64,000 bases of DNA from Candidatus Eremiobacteria bacterium. Its GTDB lineage: Bacteria > Vulcanimicrobiota > Vulcanimicrobiia > Vulcanimicrobiales > Vulcanimicrobiaceae. Below are positions 10,686 through 19,456 of the stretch, piece by piece. The translations under genes were made by a program, and so were the position numbers. The DNA lies in NCBI GenBank assembly GCA_963758295.1, contig CAVWUU010000003.1:192001-256000 (forward strand). The letters run 5' to 3'. Below the pieces are notes generated by a model that worked only from the letters and a program-made list of their open reading frames with translations, ran no database searches and was not told the DNA's origin. The stretch's first letter is position 1. Each line of letters opens with the position of its first letter.

Positions 10686-11668
10686 GCATCACGGCCTTCG
10701 TCGTTATCGCCATAATGCTCGCTGCATATGCGGTTCTCGACGGATACGATCTGGGCGTCGCTTCGATTGCACCACTCGTTGGAAAGACCGATAGCGAGCG
10801 GTTCGCCTCCATGCAGGCCATCGGCCCGTTCTGGAACGGGAACGAAGTGTGGCTCATCGCTGCAGGTGCGGCGCTTTTCGCGTTGTTTCCGCGCGCGTAT
10901 GCTTCGGCGTTCTCAGGCTTTTATCTGCCGTTCATGGTGATTCTGTGGCTGCTGATGTTTCGCGGCGTCGCGTTGGAGCTGCGCTCGCATTTCCCCAGCG
11001 AGATGTGGCACACGTTTTGGGACGCGTGCTTTTCTGCCGCAAGTACGCTGCTGGTTCTCATCTTTGGCGTGGCACTCGGCAACTTGATTCGCGGATTGCC
11101 GCTCGACGACAAAGGCTTCTTTCAGGGCACGTTCGCGTTTTTACTCAACCCATACGCATTGCTTGTCGGTCTTTTCGCCGTCGTAGCGCTTGCGCAGCAC
11201 GGCAGTGGATTTTTGTTGCTTCGGCTCGAGGGAGCGCCGGCGGACCGCGCGCGCAAGATGCGCCCGCGCCTTCTGGCCGGAACGCTCGCGTTTTTTGTAG
11301 CGGTCTCGGCCGTAACCGCCCACATGCGTGGAATGCCGGGCACGCCCTGGGGCGTTATCGTACCGTTGCTAGCGTTGGCGGCGTTGGCATGGACGTGGTT
11401 TGAAAACGGCCGCGCGCGATACTTGCAAGCGTTTGTCGCCTCCTCGCTCTTCATCGCGCTGTTGGTCGTTACGGCCGCGATGACGATGTATCCGTATTTG
11501 CTCCCCTTGTATCCGGCAGGCGGGGGCCTCTCGATCTACGATGCGTCGCCGTCGCCTACGGCGCTCGCCAGCGCACTGACGGTCACGATCGTCGGTCTGT
11601 GCGCCGTCCTGATTTACGGCAGTTGGGTCTGGCGCCGTTTGGCGGGAAAGGTCCGCGTTGGCGAATAA
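10682..11668 (+). CDS. cydB: cytochrome bd ubiquinol oxidase subunit II
   Basis: LDGYDLG and IGPFWNGNEVWLI; ATG at 10682 overlaps the cydA stop. Confidence 0.93.
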   Translation: MSITAFVVIAIMLAAYAVLDGYDLGVASIAPLVGKTDSERFASMQAIGPFWNGNEVWLIAAGAALFALFPRAYASAFSGFYLPFMVILWLLMFRGVALELRSHFPSEMWHTFWDACFSAASTLLVLIFGVALGNLIRGLPLDDKGFFQGTFAFLLNPYALLVGLFAVVALAQHGSGFLLLRLEGAPADRARKMRPRLLAGTLAFFVAVSAVTAHMRGMPGTPWGVIVPLLALAALAWTWFENGRARYLQAFVASSLFIALLVVTAAMTMYPYLLPLYPAGGGLSIYDASPSPTALASALTVTIVGLCAVLIYGSWVWRRLAGKVRVGE

Positions 11669-12815
11669 CCGCGCTGGCGTGAACGACAACGCCGCTCGAG
11701 CCCTCGAAAAATACGACCGCTCAAAGCTCACTCTTTGTTCCATCGGAAGCCATTCGGCGCTGGAAGTGGCCTACGGCGCGCGCGCACAGGGCTTGCGGAA
11801 TCTTGTCGTAACTGCGAAGGGCCGCGAACGCACGTACACGGAGCATTACCTGCGCAAGGAATCGCCGGTACCGCGCGGATGCGTTGATTCGGTCCTGGAA
11901 CTGGAGAAGTTCACCGACCTCTTAAACGACGGCGTCCAACAGCGGCTGCTGGACGAAAACGTGATCTTTCTTGCCAACCGGTCGTTCGAAGTCTACCTGC
12001 ACCAAAAATTCAGCTACGACGAAATCGAGAACGGCATGCGAGTGCCGTTTTTCGGCAACCGCTTCTTGCTGCGCGCGGAAGAACGCGACGAAGCCTCAAA
12101 TCAGTATTCATTGATGCAGAAGGCGGGCATCCGTCATCCGCAGCAGTTCGATTCGCCGGATCAGATCGACCGGCTAGTGATGGTGAAAGCGCCGCACGCC
12201 AAAGTCAGCTTCGAGCGAGCCTTCTTTGTGGTGTCGTCGCCACAGGAGTACCGTGAGGTCAGCGCCCGGCTCATTCGCGACGGAATGCTTACCGAATCCG
12301 GTTTACGAGACGCCGTCATCGAGGAGTACGCGCTCGGACCGTCGGTCAACCTGAATTTCTTTTATTCGCCGATTCTCGGCGAGTTAGAGCTTAGCGGAAC
12401 GGACACGCGGCGCCAAACCAATCTCGAGGGATTCCGTAACGTCCCGCCGTCGGTATTCGAGGCGCTGCGCAACGTCCCGATGCGTCTGGAAGAGGCGGGA
12501 CATATCGCCGCGACGCTTACCGAGTCGACGCTGGAGAAGGCCTTCGAGATGGGCGAGCGATTCGTTGCCGCCGCACGCGAAGCCAATCCGCCCGGCGTAA
12601 TGGGACCCTTCGCGCTGCAGTGCGTAATCGTCGCCGGACCCCCCAAAGAATTTGTTTGCTACGATGTGTCGTTGCGCATCCCGGGATCGCCCGGCACCCG
12701 CTACACCCCGTATTCGGCATACCGATGGGGGCGCGATGTGTCGGTGGGCGAGCGAGTCGCAATGGAGCTCGTAATGGCCCGCGACGCCGGCCGGCTGGGG
12801 GAAATTCTTACCTAA
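11658..12815 (+). CDS. second PurP-like ATP-grasp protein
   Basis: SIGSHSALEVAYGA, NRSFEVY, DTRRQTNLEG, GPFALQ, YDVSLRIPGSPG; clearly diverged from the first purP. Confidence 0.85.
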   Translation: MANNRAGVNDNAARALEKYDRSKLTLCSIGSHSALEVAYGARAQGLRNLVVTAKGRERTYTEHYLRKESPVPRGCVDSVLELEKFTDLLNDGVQQRLLDENVIFLANRSFEVYLHQKFSYDEIENGMRVPFFGNRFLLRAEERDEASNQYSLMQKAGIRHPQQFDSPDQIDRLVMVKAPHAKVSFERAFFVVSSPQEYREVSARLIRDGMLTESGLRDAVIEEYALGPSVNLNFFYSPILGELELSGTDTRRQTNLEGFRNVPPSVFEALRNVPMRLEEAGHIAATLTESTLEKAFEMGERFVAAAREANPPGVMGPFALQCVIVAGPPKEFVCYDVSLRIPGSPGTRYTPYSAYRWGRDVSVGERVAMELVMARDAGRLGEILT

Positions 12816-12879
12816 CTTAGGTTCATATGGGTGTATGCGCCCGCTTCCCAGCCCTGGAATGCTTAAGACTTCCGGACCG

Positions 12880-12908
12880 TTGCCTATTTTAGTCGGGCAT
12901 GCTAGGGT
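12880..12908 (+). promoter_or_regulatory. sigma70-like promoter for the zinc-ribbon gene
   Basis: TTGCCT-N17-TAGGGT with TG upstream of the -10. Confidence 0.5.
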
Positions 12909-13001
12909 GAGGGGTGTCTAGGTATCGCAGTCGGTTACCATGTTTGGTCTAGCGAGTCGATTCCGAGAACAATAACTACCAAGTCCGAGGAGTCCTCGTT
13001 A

Positions 13002-13331
13002 ATGTATCAAGATGAGTATTTGAACTGCGTCGATTGTTCGCGTCAGTTCGTTTTCTCGAGCGGCGAGCAAGAGTTTTTCGCCATGAAAGGCTTTCAAAAT
13101 AAGCCGAACCGTTGCCCCGACTGCCGTGCGGCCCGTAAAGGCCAGCAGGGTGGCGGACGCGGCGGCAGCCGTGGCGGCGGCTTCGGCGGCGCCGGTGGCG
13201 GTGGCCAGCGGGAAATGTTCCGCGCGACCTGCAGCCAGTGCGGCGGTGTGGCGGAAGTTCCGTTCCAACCGCGTGGCGACAAGCCGGTTTACTGCCGCGA
13301 CTGCTTCAGCAGCCGCCCGTCCTACCGCTAA
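13002..13331 (+). CDS. zinc-ribbon / CxxC-x17-CxxC domain protein with Gly/Arg-rich linker
   Basis: CVDC..F.FS.GEQEFF..KGF.NKP.RCPDC; MF.ATCSQCG..AEVPFQP..KPVYCRDC. Confidence 0.85.
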   Translation: MYQDEYLNCVDCSRQFVFSSGEQEFFAMKGFQNKPNRCPDCRAARKGQQGGGRGGSRGGGFGGAGGGGQREMFRATCSQCGGVAEVPFQPRGDKPVYCRDCFSSRPSYR

Positions 13332-13344
13332 ACCGCGATAGTAC

Positions 13345-13385
13345 AAAGAAAAGGCCCGCAGCGATGCGGGCCTTTTTCTTTTTGT
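13345..13385. terminator. bidirectional intrinsic terminator
   Basis: AAAAGGCCCGCA-GCGA-TGCGGGCCTTTT between convergent genes. Confidence 0.85.
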
Positions 13386-13386
13386 C

Positions 13387-13683
13387 TTACGAGCGGCGCA
13401 TTTCGCCGGCGCGGTAGCGGTAGACGATCCGGCCTTTGGTGAGGTCGTAGGGCGACATCTCCAGATCGACACGATCGCCAAGAAGAATCTTGATGCGATG
13501 GCGGCGGAGACGGCCGGCGAGGTGGGCGAGCACGGTGTGCCCGTTCTCCAACTCAACGGCGAAGGTCGTGCTTGGGTAGATCTGACGAACGGTGCCAAAA
13601 ACCTCGAGAGGCGCCTCTTTGGCGGGCTCAGTCGGGCGATCGCTGGGAGGGCGCGGAGGCGCCGAGCGGCGACGGCCGGCTAT
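13387..13683 (-). CDS. infA: translation initiation factor IF-1 (not in ORF track; proposed ATA start)
   Basis: Manual translation: ..[71 protein letters not shown]. Identity is clear; the start is inferred. Confidence 0.9.
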   Translation of the reverse strand: MAGRRRSAPPRPPSDRPTEPAKEAPLEVFGTVRQIYPSTTFAVELENGHTVLAHLAGRLRRHRIKILLGDRVDLEMSPYDLTKGRIVYRYRAGEMRRS

Positions 13684-13785
13684 GGCCGGCCTGCTTTCAA
13701 TGAAGTCATCCCCGAGAGTATATACGCAACCGGGCTGTGGGGGAAGGCCTTATGGTGGTGCGAACCAACTGCGCCGGAGGAAATA

Positions 13786-14328
13786 ATGGCTACGCAATCG
13801 TTACAAGAGCGCCAGGGCGCAATCACGTTCAAGGGCGGCCCGATGACGCTCGTAGGCCCGGAACTAAAGGCCGGCGACACGGCGCCGGACTTTGTCCTTA
13901 CCGGGCAGGATCTCTCCGTCAAACGGCTCGACGATCTGCTGGACGGGGGCAATCGCGCGGCGATGCTGATCGTTGTCCCCTCGCTGGATACGGGCGTCTG
14001 CTCGACTGAGTCGCACAAGTTCAACGCGCGAATGGGCGAGTTGCCGGCGGATGTGAAAACATATGTCGTCAGCATGGACCTGCCGTTTGCGCAGGCCCGC
14101 TGGTGCGGCAACGAAGGCGAGGTCAAATTTGAGACGCTTTCGGACTATCGCGACCATAGCTTCGGCCGGAACTACGGTCTGCTGATCAAAGAACTGGGTT
14201 TGCTCGCTCGCGCCATTGTAGTGATCGGCGCTGACAAAACCATCAAATACGTGCAACTTGTTCCGGAAGTCGCGAGCGAGCCGGATTACGATGCAGCCAT
14301 CACGGCGGCTCAAGCGGCGGCGAAGTAG
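13786..14328 (+). CDS. tpx: thiol peroxidase (Tpx)
   Basis: VPSLDTGVC, SMDLPFAQARWC, LLARA, EPDYD; GGAGG SD before ATG 13786. Confidence 0.93.
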   Translation: MATQSLQERQGAITFKGGPMTLVGPELKAGDTAPDFVLTGQDLSVKRLDDLLDGGNRAAMLIVVPSLDTGVCSTESHKFNARMGELPADVKTYVVSMDLPFAQARWCGNEGEVKFETLSDYRDHSFGRNYGLLIKELGLLARAIVVIGADKTIKYVQLVPEVASEPDYDAAITAAQAAAK

Positions 14329-14373
14329 CATCGAGCATGGAGCGGGGGCAATCGAGCCGAATCAGCACGGCCA

Positions 14374-15918
14374 ATGCCCCCCACCGTTTTCATTTTCGAC
14401 TTTGGCGCGCAATATAGCCAACTGATAGCGCGCCGCTCGCGCGAGCTCGGCGTTTACAGCGAGATCGTTCCTTACGACACCACGTGGTCCGCGATCGCCG
14501 GACGCAGTCCGGCCGCGATCATTCTTTCGGGCGGTCCCGAAAGCACGCTCGTGCCGGGCGCACCCGACATGGACCCAGCCGTTCTAAATAGCGGCTTGCC
14601 GATTTTTGCAATCTGTTACGGCATGCAACTGATCGCGCGTCACAACGGCGCCGAACTGGTGAAATTGGATCACGCGGAATATGGCCCCGCGATGCTGCAC
14701 GTCGATAAGCGGGACGCTCGCATTTTCGACGGCGTTCCGGCCGACTCACGCGTTTGGATGTCGCACGGCGACTCGGTCGTGAAACTTCCCCCGGGATTCG
14801 AAGAACTTGCGTCGACCGAACGCTGCAACGTTGCGGCGATAGGCAATGCCGAACGCAAAATCTACGGAACGCAGTTTCACCCCGAAGTCGTGCACAGCGA
14901 ATACGGCCGGCTGATGTTGGCGAATTTTCTGCATGGGGTAGCCGGGCTCGCAAGCGACTGGGAGATGGAATCGTACGTCGATCGCGCAATCGAAGAGATT
15001 CGCGAAGCGGTCGGTCAGGACAAAGTCATCTGCGCGCTCTCCGGCGGCGTCGATTCCGCGGTCGCCGCCACGCTTGTATCACGTGCGATCGGGGAACAGC
15101 TGACCTGCGTCTTCGTCGATCACGGACTGCTTCGCAAAGGCGAAGCGCAATCCGTGATCGAGGCGTTCCGCGATATCTTGCATTTGAATCTCGTCGTGGT
15201 CGACGCGCGCGAACGGTTCTTGACAAAACTTGCGGGCGTCATTGACCCCGAGCGCAAGCGCATCATCATCGGCCACGAGTTCATCTCCGTGTTCGAAGAA
15301 GAAGCGGCGAAGATTCCCGGGGTGAAGTATCTCGTTCAGGGAACGCTTTATCCCGACGTCATTGAATCCAAAACGCCGCAAAGCAAGGCGGGACACAAGA
15401 TCAAGTCGCATCACAACGTGGGCGGCTTGCCCGAGAAGATGAACTTCAAGCTCATCGAACCGCTGCGCGCGCTCTTCAAGGACGAAGTCCGCGCGCTCGG
15501 ACGCGTTCTAGGGCTGCCGGAACACATTGTGGCGCGCCAACCGTTTCCCGGACCGGGACTTGCGGTTCGCATCATCGGTGACATCACCGACGAGCGCTTG
15601 GAAGTGGTTCGCAACGCCGATGCGGTTGTGCGTGAAGAGATCGACAATGCCAAAGACTTGCAGCCGCATCCGTGGCAGTACTTCGCCGTGCTTACGCCGG
15701 TGCAAAGCGTCGGTGTGATGGGCGACGGCCGCACGTACGCGAACCTGGTCGCTGTACGCGCAATTACGAGCGAGGACGGCATGACGGCCGATTGGGCGCG
15801 CTTGCCGCACGAACTCCTGGAGCGAATCTCGACGCGAATCGTGAACGAAGTGCCCGGCGTGAATCGCGTGGCGTACGACATCACATCGAAGCCGCCCGCA
15901 ACGGTGGAGTGGGAATAG
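14374..15918 (+). CDS. guaA: GMP synthase
   Basis: DFGAQY, ICYGMQ, QFHPEV, SGGVDS, IKSHHNVGGLP, KPPATVEWE. Confidence 0.97.
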   Translation: MPPTVFIFDFGAQYSQLIARRSRELGVYSEIVPYDTTWSAIAGRSPAAIILSGGPESTLVPGAPDMDPAVLNSGLPIFAICYGMQLIARHNGAELVKLDHAEYGPAMLHVDKRDARIFDGVPADSRVWMSHGDSVVKLPPGFEELASTERCNVAAIGNAERKIYGTQFHPEVVHSEYGRLMLANFLHGVAGLASDWEMESYVDRAIEEIREAVGQDKVICALSGGVDSAVAATLVSRAIGEQLTCVFVDHGLLRKGEAQSVIEAFRDILHLNLVVVDARERFLTKLAGVIDPERKRIIIGHEFISVFEEEAAKIPGVKYLVQGTLYPDVIESKTPQSKAGHKIKSHHNVGGLPEKMNFKLIEPLRALFKDEVRALGRVLGLPEHIVARQPFPGPGLAVRIIGDITDERLEVVRNADAVVREEIDNAKDLQPHPWQYFAVLTPVQSVGVMGDGRTYANLVAVRAITSEDGMTADWARLPHELLERISTRIVNEVPGVNRVAYDITSKPPATVEWE

Positions 15919-15920
15919 GG

Positions 15921-17189
15921 ATGCGAATTCTCGTCGTAGGAAACGGCGCGCGTGAGGATGCGCTCTCGTGGCGTTTGGCGCAGTCGCCGTCGTGCGAAGC
16001 GATCTTCGCTGCACCGGGTAACGCCGGTACGGCTCTGCGCGGCACGAATTGGAATATCTCCGCGACCGACGGCAAAGCGATCGTCGAAAGGTGCCGCGAG
16101 GAGAACATCGATCTCGTGGTGCTCGGTCCGGAGTCTGCAATTGCGGCGGGAGTCGGTGACCGCTTACGAGACGCCGGCTTCGCGGTGTTCGGCCCGAACC
16201 GCAGCGGGGGCCGTCTTGAGTCCAGCAAAGTCTTCTCCAAACGCTTCATGGAACGCCACGGCGTTCCGACGGCGCGCGCGATGATCGTCCACTCGGAACC
16301 GAGCGCGATGAAAGCGCTCGACGAGTGGCCGGGAGGCGGTGTGGTTATCAAAGCCGACGGTCTCGCCGCAGGTAAAGGCGTCGTAGTTTGTGACGACGTC
16401 GATACGGCCCGCGGTGTGCTCAAAGAATGGTATGGCGCGAGTAAAATTCCCGGCGGCGGCAGCGATGTGCTGCTCGAAGAAAAATTAACCGGACGTGAGG
16501 TGAGCGTGTTTGCGCTCGCAGACGGCCGCGCGATGGTTCCGCTCGCCGCGGCGTGCGATTACAAACGAGCCGGCGACGGTGATACCGGTCCGAACACCGG
16601 CGGAATGGGCGCGTATTCGCCGCCCCTTGATTTCCCGATCGACATGTACGATCAGGTGCGCGAGCGCATTCTTGCGCCCGTCTTACGCGGATTGCTCGCC
16701 GAAAGTGAAACCTATATCGGCGTTCTGTATTGCGGCCTTATGTGGACCGAGAACGGCCCCTACGTCATCGAGTTCAACGCGCGCTTTGGGGATCCCGAAA
16801 CCCAAGTGCTAATGCCGCGCATTCACGGCGATTTCGCGCAATTGCTCGCTTCGGCGGCGGAGGGCGCAATGGACTTGAGCCTCGCAACGCTGGGCAACGA
16901 CTGCTGCGTGGGCGTGGTGCTTGCAACGAGCGACTATCCGCGCTCGAGCACGCCGCTGCGAGGTTTGAATTCGAACGTAGCGTTGCCGGGTAATGCGGTC
17001 GTGTTCTGGGGCGGCAGCACCGTTGAAGAGGGCACGGTCAATACCGGCGGCGGTCGTGTGTTGACCGTAACCGCTTGCGGCTCCAACGTCACCGATGCCC
17101 GCGAAAAAGCGTATGCCGCCGTCAAGACACTCGCCGGGAGAATCGGCACCACGGACTTGACGTACCGCACCGACATCGCGAAGTTCTAA
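15921..17189 (+). CDS. purD: phosphoribosylamine-glycine ligase
   Basis: MRILVVGNGARE, KADGLAAGKGV, GPNTGGMGAY, EFNARFGDPE. Confidence 0.96.
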   Translation: MRILVVGNGAREDALSWRLAQSPSCEAIFAAPGNAGTALRGTNWNISATDGKAIVERCREENIDLVVLGPESAIAAGVGDRLRDAGFAVFGPNRSGGRLESSKVFSKRFMERHGVPTARAMIVHSEPSAMKALDEWPGGGVVIKADGLAAGKGVVVCDDVDTARGVLKEWYGASKIPGGGSDVLLEEKLTGREVSVFALADGRAMVPLAAACDYKRAGDGDTGPNTGGMGAYSPPLDFPIDMYDQVRERILAPVLRGLLAESETYIGVLYCGLMWTENGPYVIEFNARFGDPETQVLMPRIHGDFAQLLASAAEGAMDLSLATLGNDCCVGVVLATSDYPRSSTPLRGLNSNVALPGNAVVFWGGSTVEEGTVNTGGGRVLTVTACGSNVTDAREKAYAAVKTLAGRIGTTDLTYRTDIAKF

Positions 17190-17262
17190 CGCCGCGGCGT
17201 TAGATGCGGGATTAGCCTCGGTGAGTCAATACGGAGAAAAGCCATGCGGGTATACCGTCCCT

Positions 17263-17742
17263 ATGCGAAACGTAATGATCGGCGCGATCGCCGGCGCGGC
17301 TGGGACGATGGCTCTTGATATCGCAAGCTACGGCGACATGGTGGTGCGCGGAAGGCAATCGAGCAACATGCCGGCGGAAGTGGTGCGAAGGCTCGCCGAG
17401 AAAGCGGGCGTCGAACCGCTCGCAAAACCCGACGAAGCGGTTGATGACAAAACGAAAAATCGTCGCAGTGCGCTTGGCGCTCTATCCGGCTACGGCGTAG
17501 GTCTTGCCATCGGCGCGCTTTATGGCGCGACGCGTCCGCTGACGAATCGCCTTCCCCTAGCTTTTGCTGCCCTTGGCGTCGGCGCTGCGGCGATGCTGGC
17601 GGCCGACGTTCCCGCCGTGCGCCTGGGCGCGACGGATCTGCGCGACTGGACGGCAGCATCTTGGATCTCGGATGTCATCCCGCACGTGGCCTTCGGCCTT
17701 ACGACCGTTCTTGTCGTAAATGCCATCGCCGGCGACGAATAG
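17263..17742 (+). CDS. hypothetical membrane protein
   Basis: Hydrophobic segments; ATG lies 9 nt after a GGGTAT motif. Confidence 0.65.
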   Translation: MRNVMIGAIAGAAGTMALDIASYGDMVVRGRQSSNMPAEVVRRLAEKAGVEPLAKPDEAVDDKTKNRRSALGALSGYGVGLAIGALYGATRPLTNRLPLAFAALGVGAAAMLAADVPAVRLGATDLRDWTAASWISDVIPHVAFGLTTVLVVNAIAGDE

Positions 17743-17751
17743 CGAAGATCG

Positions 17752-18639
17752 TTACGCCAGCAAGCTCAATTGGAGTGGGACGTGCGTTTGAATTTGCGAT
17801 GAGCGACGCGCAGGGAAAGCCTTGAGCGCCGCTTCCACTTTCGTGTCGATGGCTTCGGCAATTGCTCGCGGCGCATACTTGCCCTTGTAAATTTCGGCGT
17901 ATTCGGCAAGTAGCTCCGGTTTCGATTCGCGCAAGTAATCGAAGAATGCCTCGCGCGTGATTTCATGAAGGTACAGGGCGTTGTGCCACACGTTTGAAGC
18001 ACCCGCTTCGCGAGCGGCGCGCACGACGGCTTCGATCTCTTCGGGCGTATCGGTAATACGCGGCAGCACCGGCGCCAAGGCAACGCTAACGGCTATTCCG
18101 GCGTCGGCAAGCATCTTTACCGCGCGCAGACGTTGCGGCGGAGGCGCAACCGTCGGCTCGATTTCGCGAGCTAGGCGCTCGTCCATCGTGGCTATGCTTA
18201 TGGACACGTGCGCACCCGCGACTCGCGCCAGTCGCGAAAGCACGTCGATATCGCGCACGACGAGCGGCGAACGTGTTACGATGCCGACGGGCGTTTCATA
18301 GTCGGCAAGTGCTTCTAAGATACCGCGGGTGAGCCGGTACTTTCCCTCGAGCGGCTGGTATGGGTCGGTAACGGTTCCGATGGAAACGCGCTCGTGACGC
18401 CACGTCCGCTTCGCGAGTTCGGCCCGGATAACGGACGGTGCATTGATCTTTACATAGATCCGGGAGCCCCAGCGGCCGACGCCGTCCTCTTCCAGATACT
18501 GATGCGTGCGGCGGGCGTAGCAAAACCGGCATTGATGATAGCAGCCGCGATAGGGATTTACCGACCACTTGAACGGCATGCCTTTGACGGCGTTTATCAC
18601 GCTTTTGGCCGGTTGCTCGATTATCTCGACGCCGCGCAT
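17752..18639 (-). CDS. radical SAM protein, SplB / Rv2578c-like DNA-repair family
   Basis: NPYRGCYHQCRFCYAR (CxxxCxxC), TDPYQPLE, RDIDVL, IEP. Confidence 0.88.
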   Translation of the reverse strand: MRGVEIIEQPAKSVINAVKGMPFKWSVNPYRGCYHQCRFCYARRTHQYLEEDGVGRWGSRIYVKINAPSVIRAELAKRTWRHERVSIGTVTDPYQPLEGKYRLTRGILEALADYETPVGIVTRSPLVVRDIDVLSRLARVAGAHVSISIATMDERLAREIEPTVAPPPQRLRAVKMLADAGIAVSVALAPVLPRITDTPEEIEAVVRAAREAGASNVWHNALYLHEITREAFFDYLRESKPELLAEYAEIYKGKYAPRAIAEAIDTKVEAALKAFPARRSSQIQTHVPLQLSLLA

Positions 18640-18645
18640 GGTAAG

Positions 18646-18674
18646 ACTATAGTGCGAACAGGTGTTCGATTCAA
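18646..18674 (-). promoter_or_regulatory. sigma70 promoter with Gram-positive-type LexA (SOS) box in its spacer
   Basis: Minus strand TTGAAT-N17-TATAGT-N6-ATG; CGAACAGGTGTTCG at 18655-18668 fits GAAC-N4-GTTC. Confidence 0.85.
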
Positions 18675-18742
18675 GACCCTTGGCGGAGATTCGAAACGCC
18701 GCCTGTAACCACTGACGCGCACGGAGGTTAGTAGAGAGCAGT

Positions 18743-19408
18743 ATGGCTTACCGCTTCCCACCCAACACATACGGCCGGCCCATGCCGGCTGTTGCGCCGC
18801 AGAGCTTGCTCGGCCAGGTGCTCGGTATCACCGCACTCGGCTTATGCGTGTCGGCGCTCGCAATCTACCTGTTCCGCGACAGCGTCGGAAGCGTCGCCGG
18901 CTTGGTCGCGATGCTAATCGGCTTCGGCCTGCTCCTCGCGATCAACGCAACGCGAGCCAACCCGGTCCTTTCGCTGATGCTCTTTTACGCATTCGCGTTT
19001 GCCGAAGGCATCGGCATAACGCCCATTGTCTCGTACTACCTGCATATCGCGCCCAGCGTCGTCTACAACGCGGCCCTTACGACGGGCCTCGGAATGTTCG
19101 CGCTCGGTGCCATCGTCTACGCGACCGGTCTGGATCTGCGGCGCTTCCAAGGCATTTTCATGATTGCGCTGCTTGGGTTGATCGTGGTCGGCATCATCTC
19201 GGTCTTCGTGCATTTCATTGCGCCGACCACGTACTCATACCTCACGCTCATCATCTTTGCGGGCTTCACGCTCATCGATTTTGCCCGTTTGCGTGCAGGC
19301 GGCGACTACTATACGCCCGTGCAACTTGCGACCCAGATCTACTTAGATGTGGTGAATATCTTCCTCGCCTTGCTACAAATCTTCGGAAGCCGGCGTTCTG
19401 ACGACTAA
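18743..19408 (+). CDS. Bax inhibitor-1 / YccA family membrane protein
   Basis: About 7 hydrophobic segments; C-terminal ATQIYLDVVNIFLALLQIF. Confidence 0.88.
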   Translation: MAYRFPPNTYGRPMPAVAPQSLLGQVLGITALGLCVSALAIYLFRDSVGSVAGLVAMLIGFGLLLAINATRANPVLSLMLFYAFAFAEGIGITPIVSYYLHIAPSVVYNAALTTGLGMFALGAIVYATGLDLRRFQGIFMIALLGLIVVGIISVFVHFIAPTTYSYLTLIIFAGFTLIDFARLRAGGDYYTPVQLATQIYLDVVNIFLALLQIFGSRRSDD

Positions 19409-19456
19409 AAGCCGAAGCCGGAACGCCTCTCAAGCTGTTAGAATGAAGAAGAAACC

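Noticed and set aside
13498..13785. Long N-terminal extension of tpx in the ORF track
   Set aside because: It is the antisense shadow of infA; a good SD supports ATG 13786.
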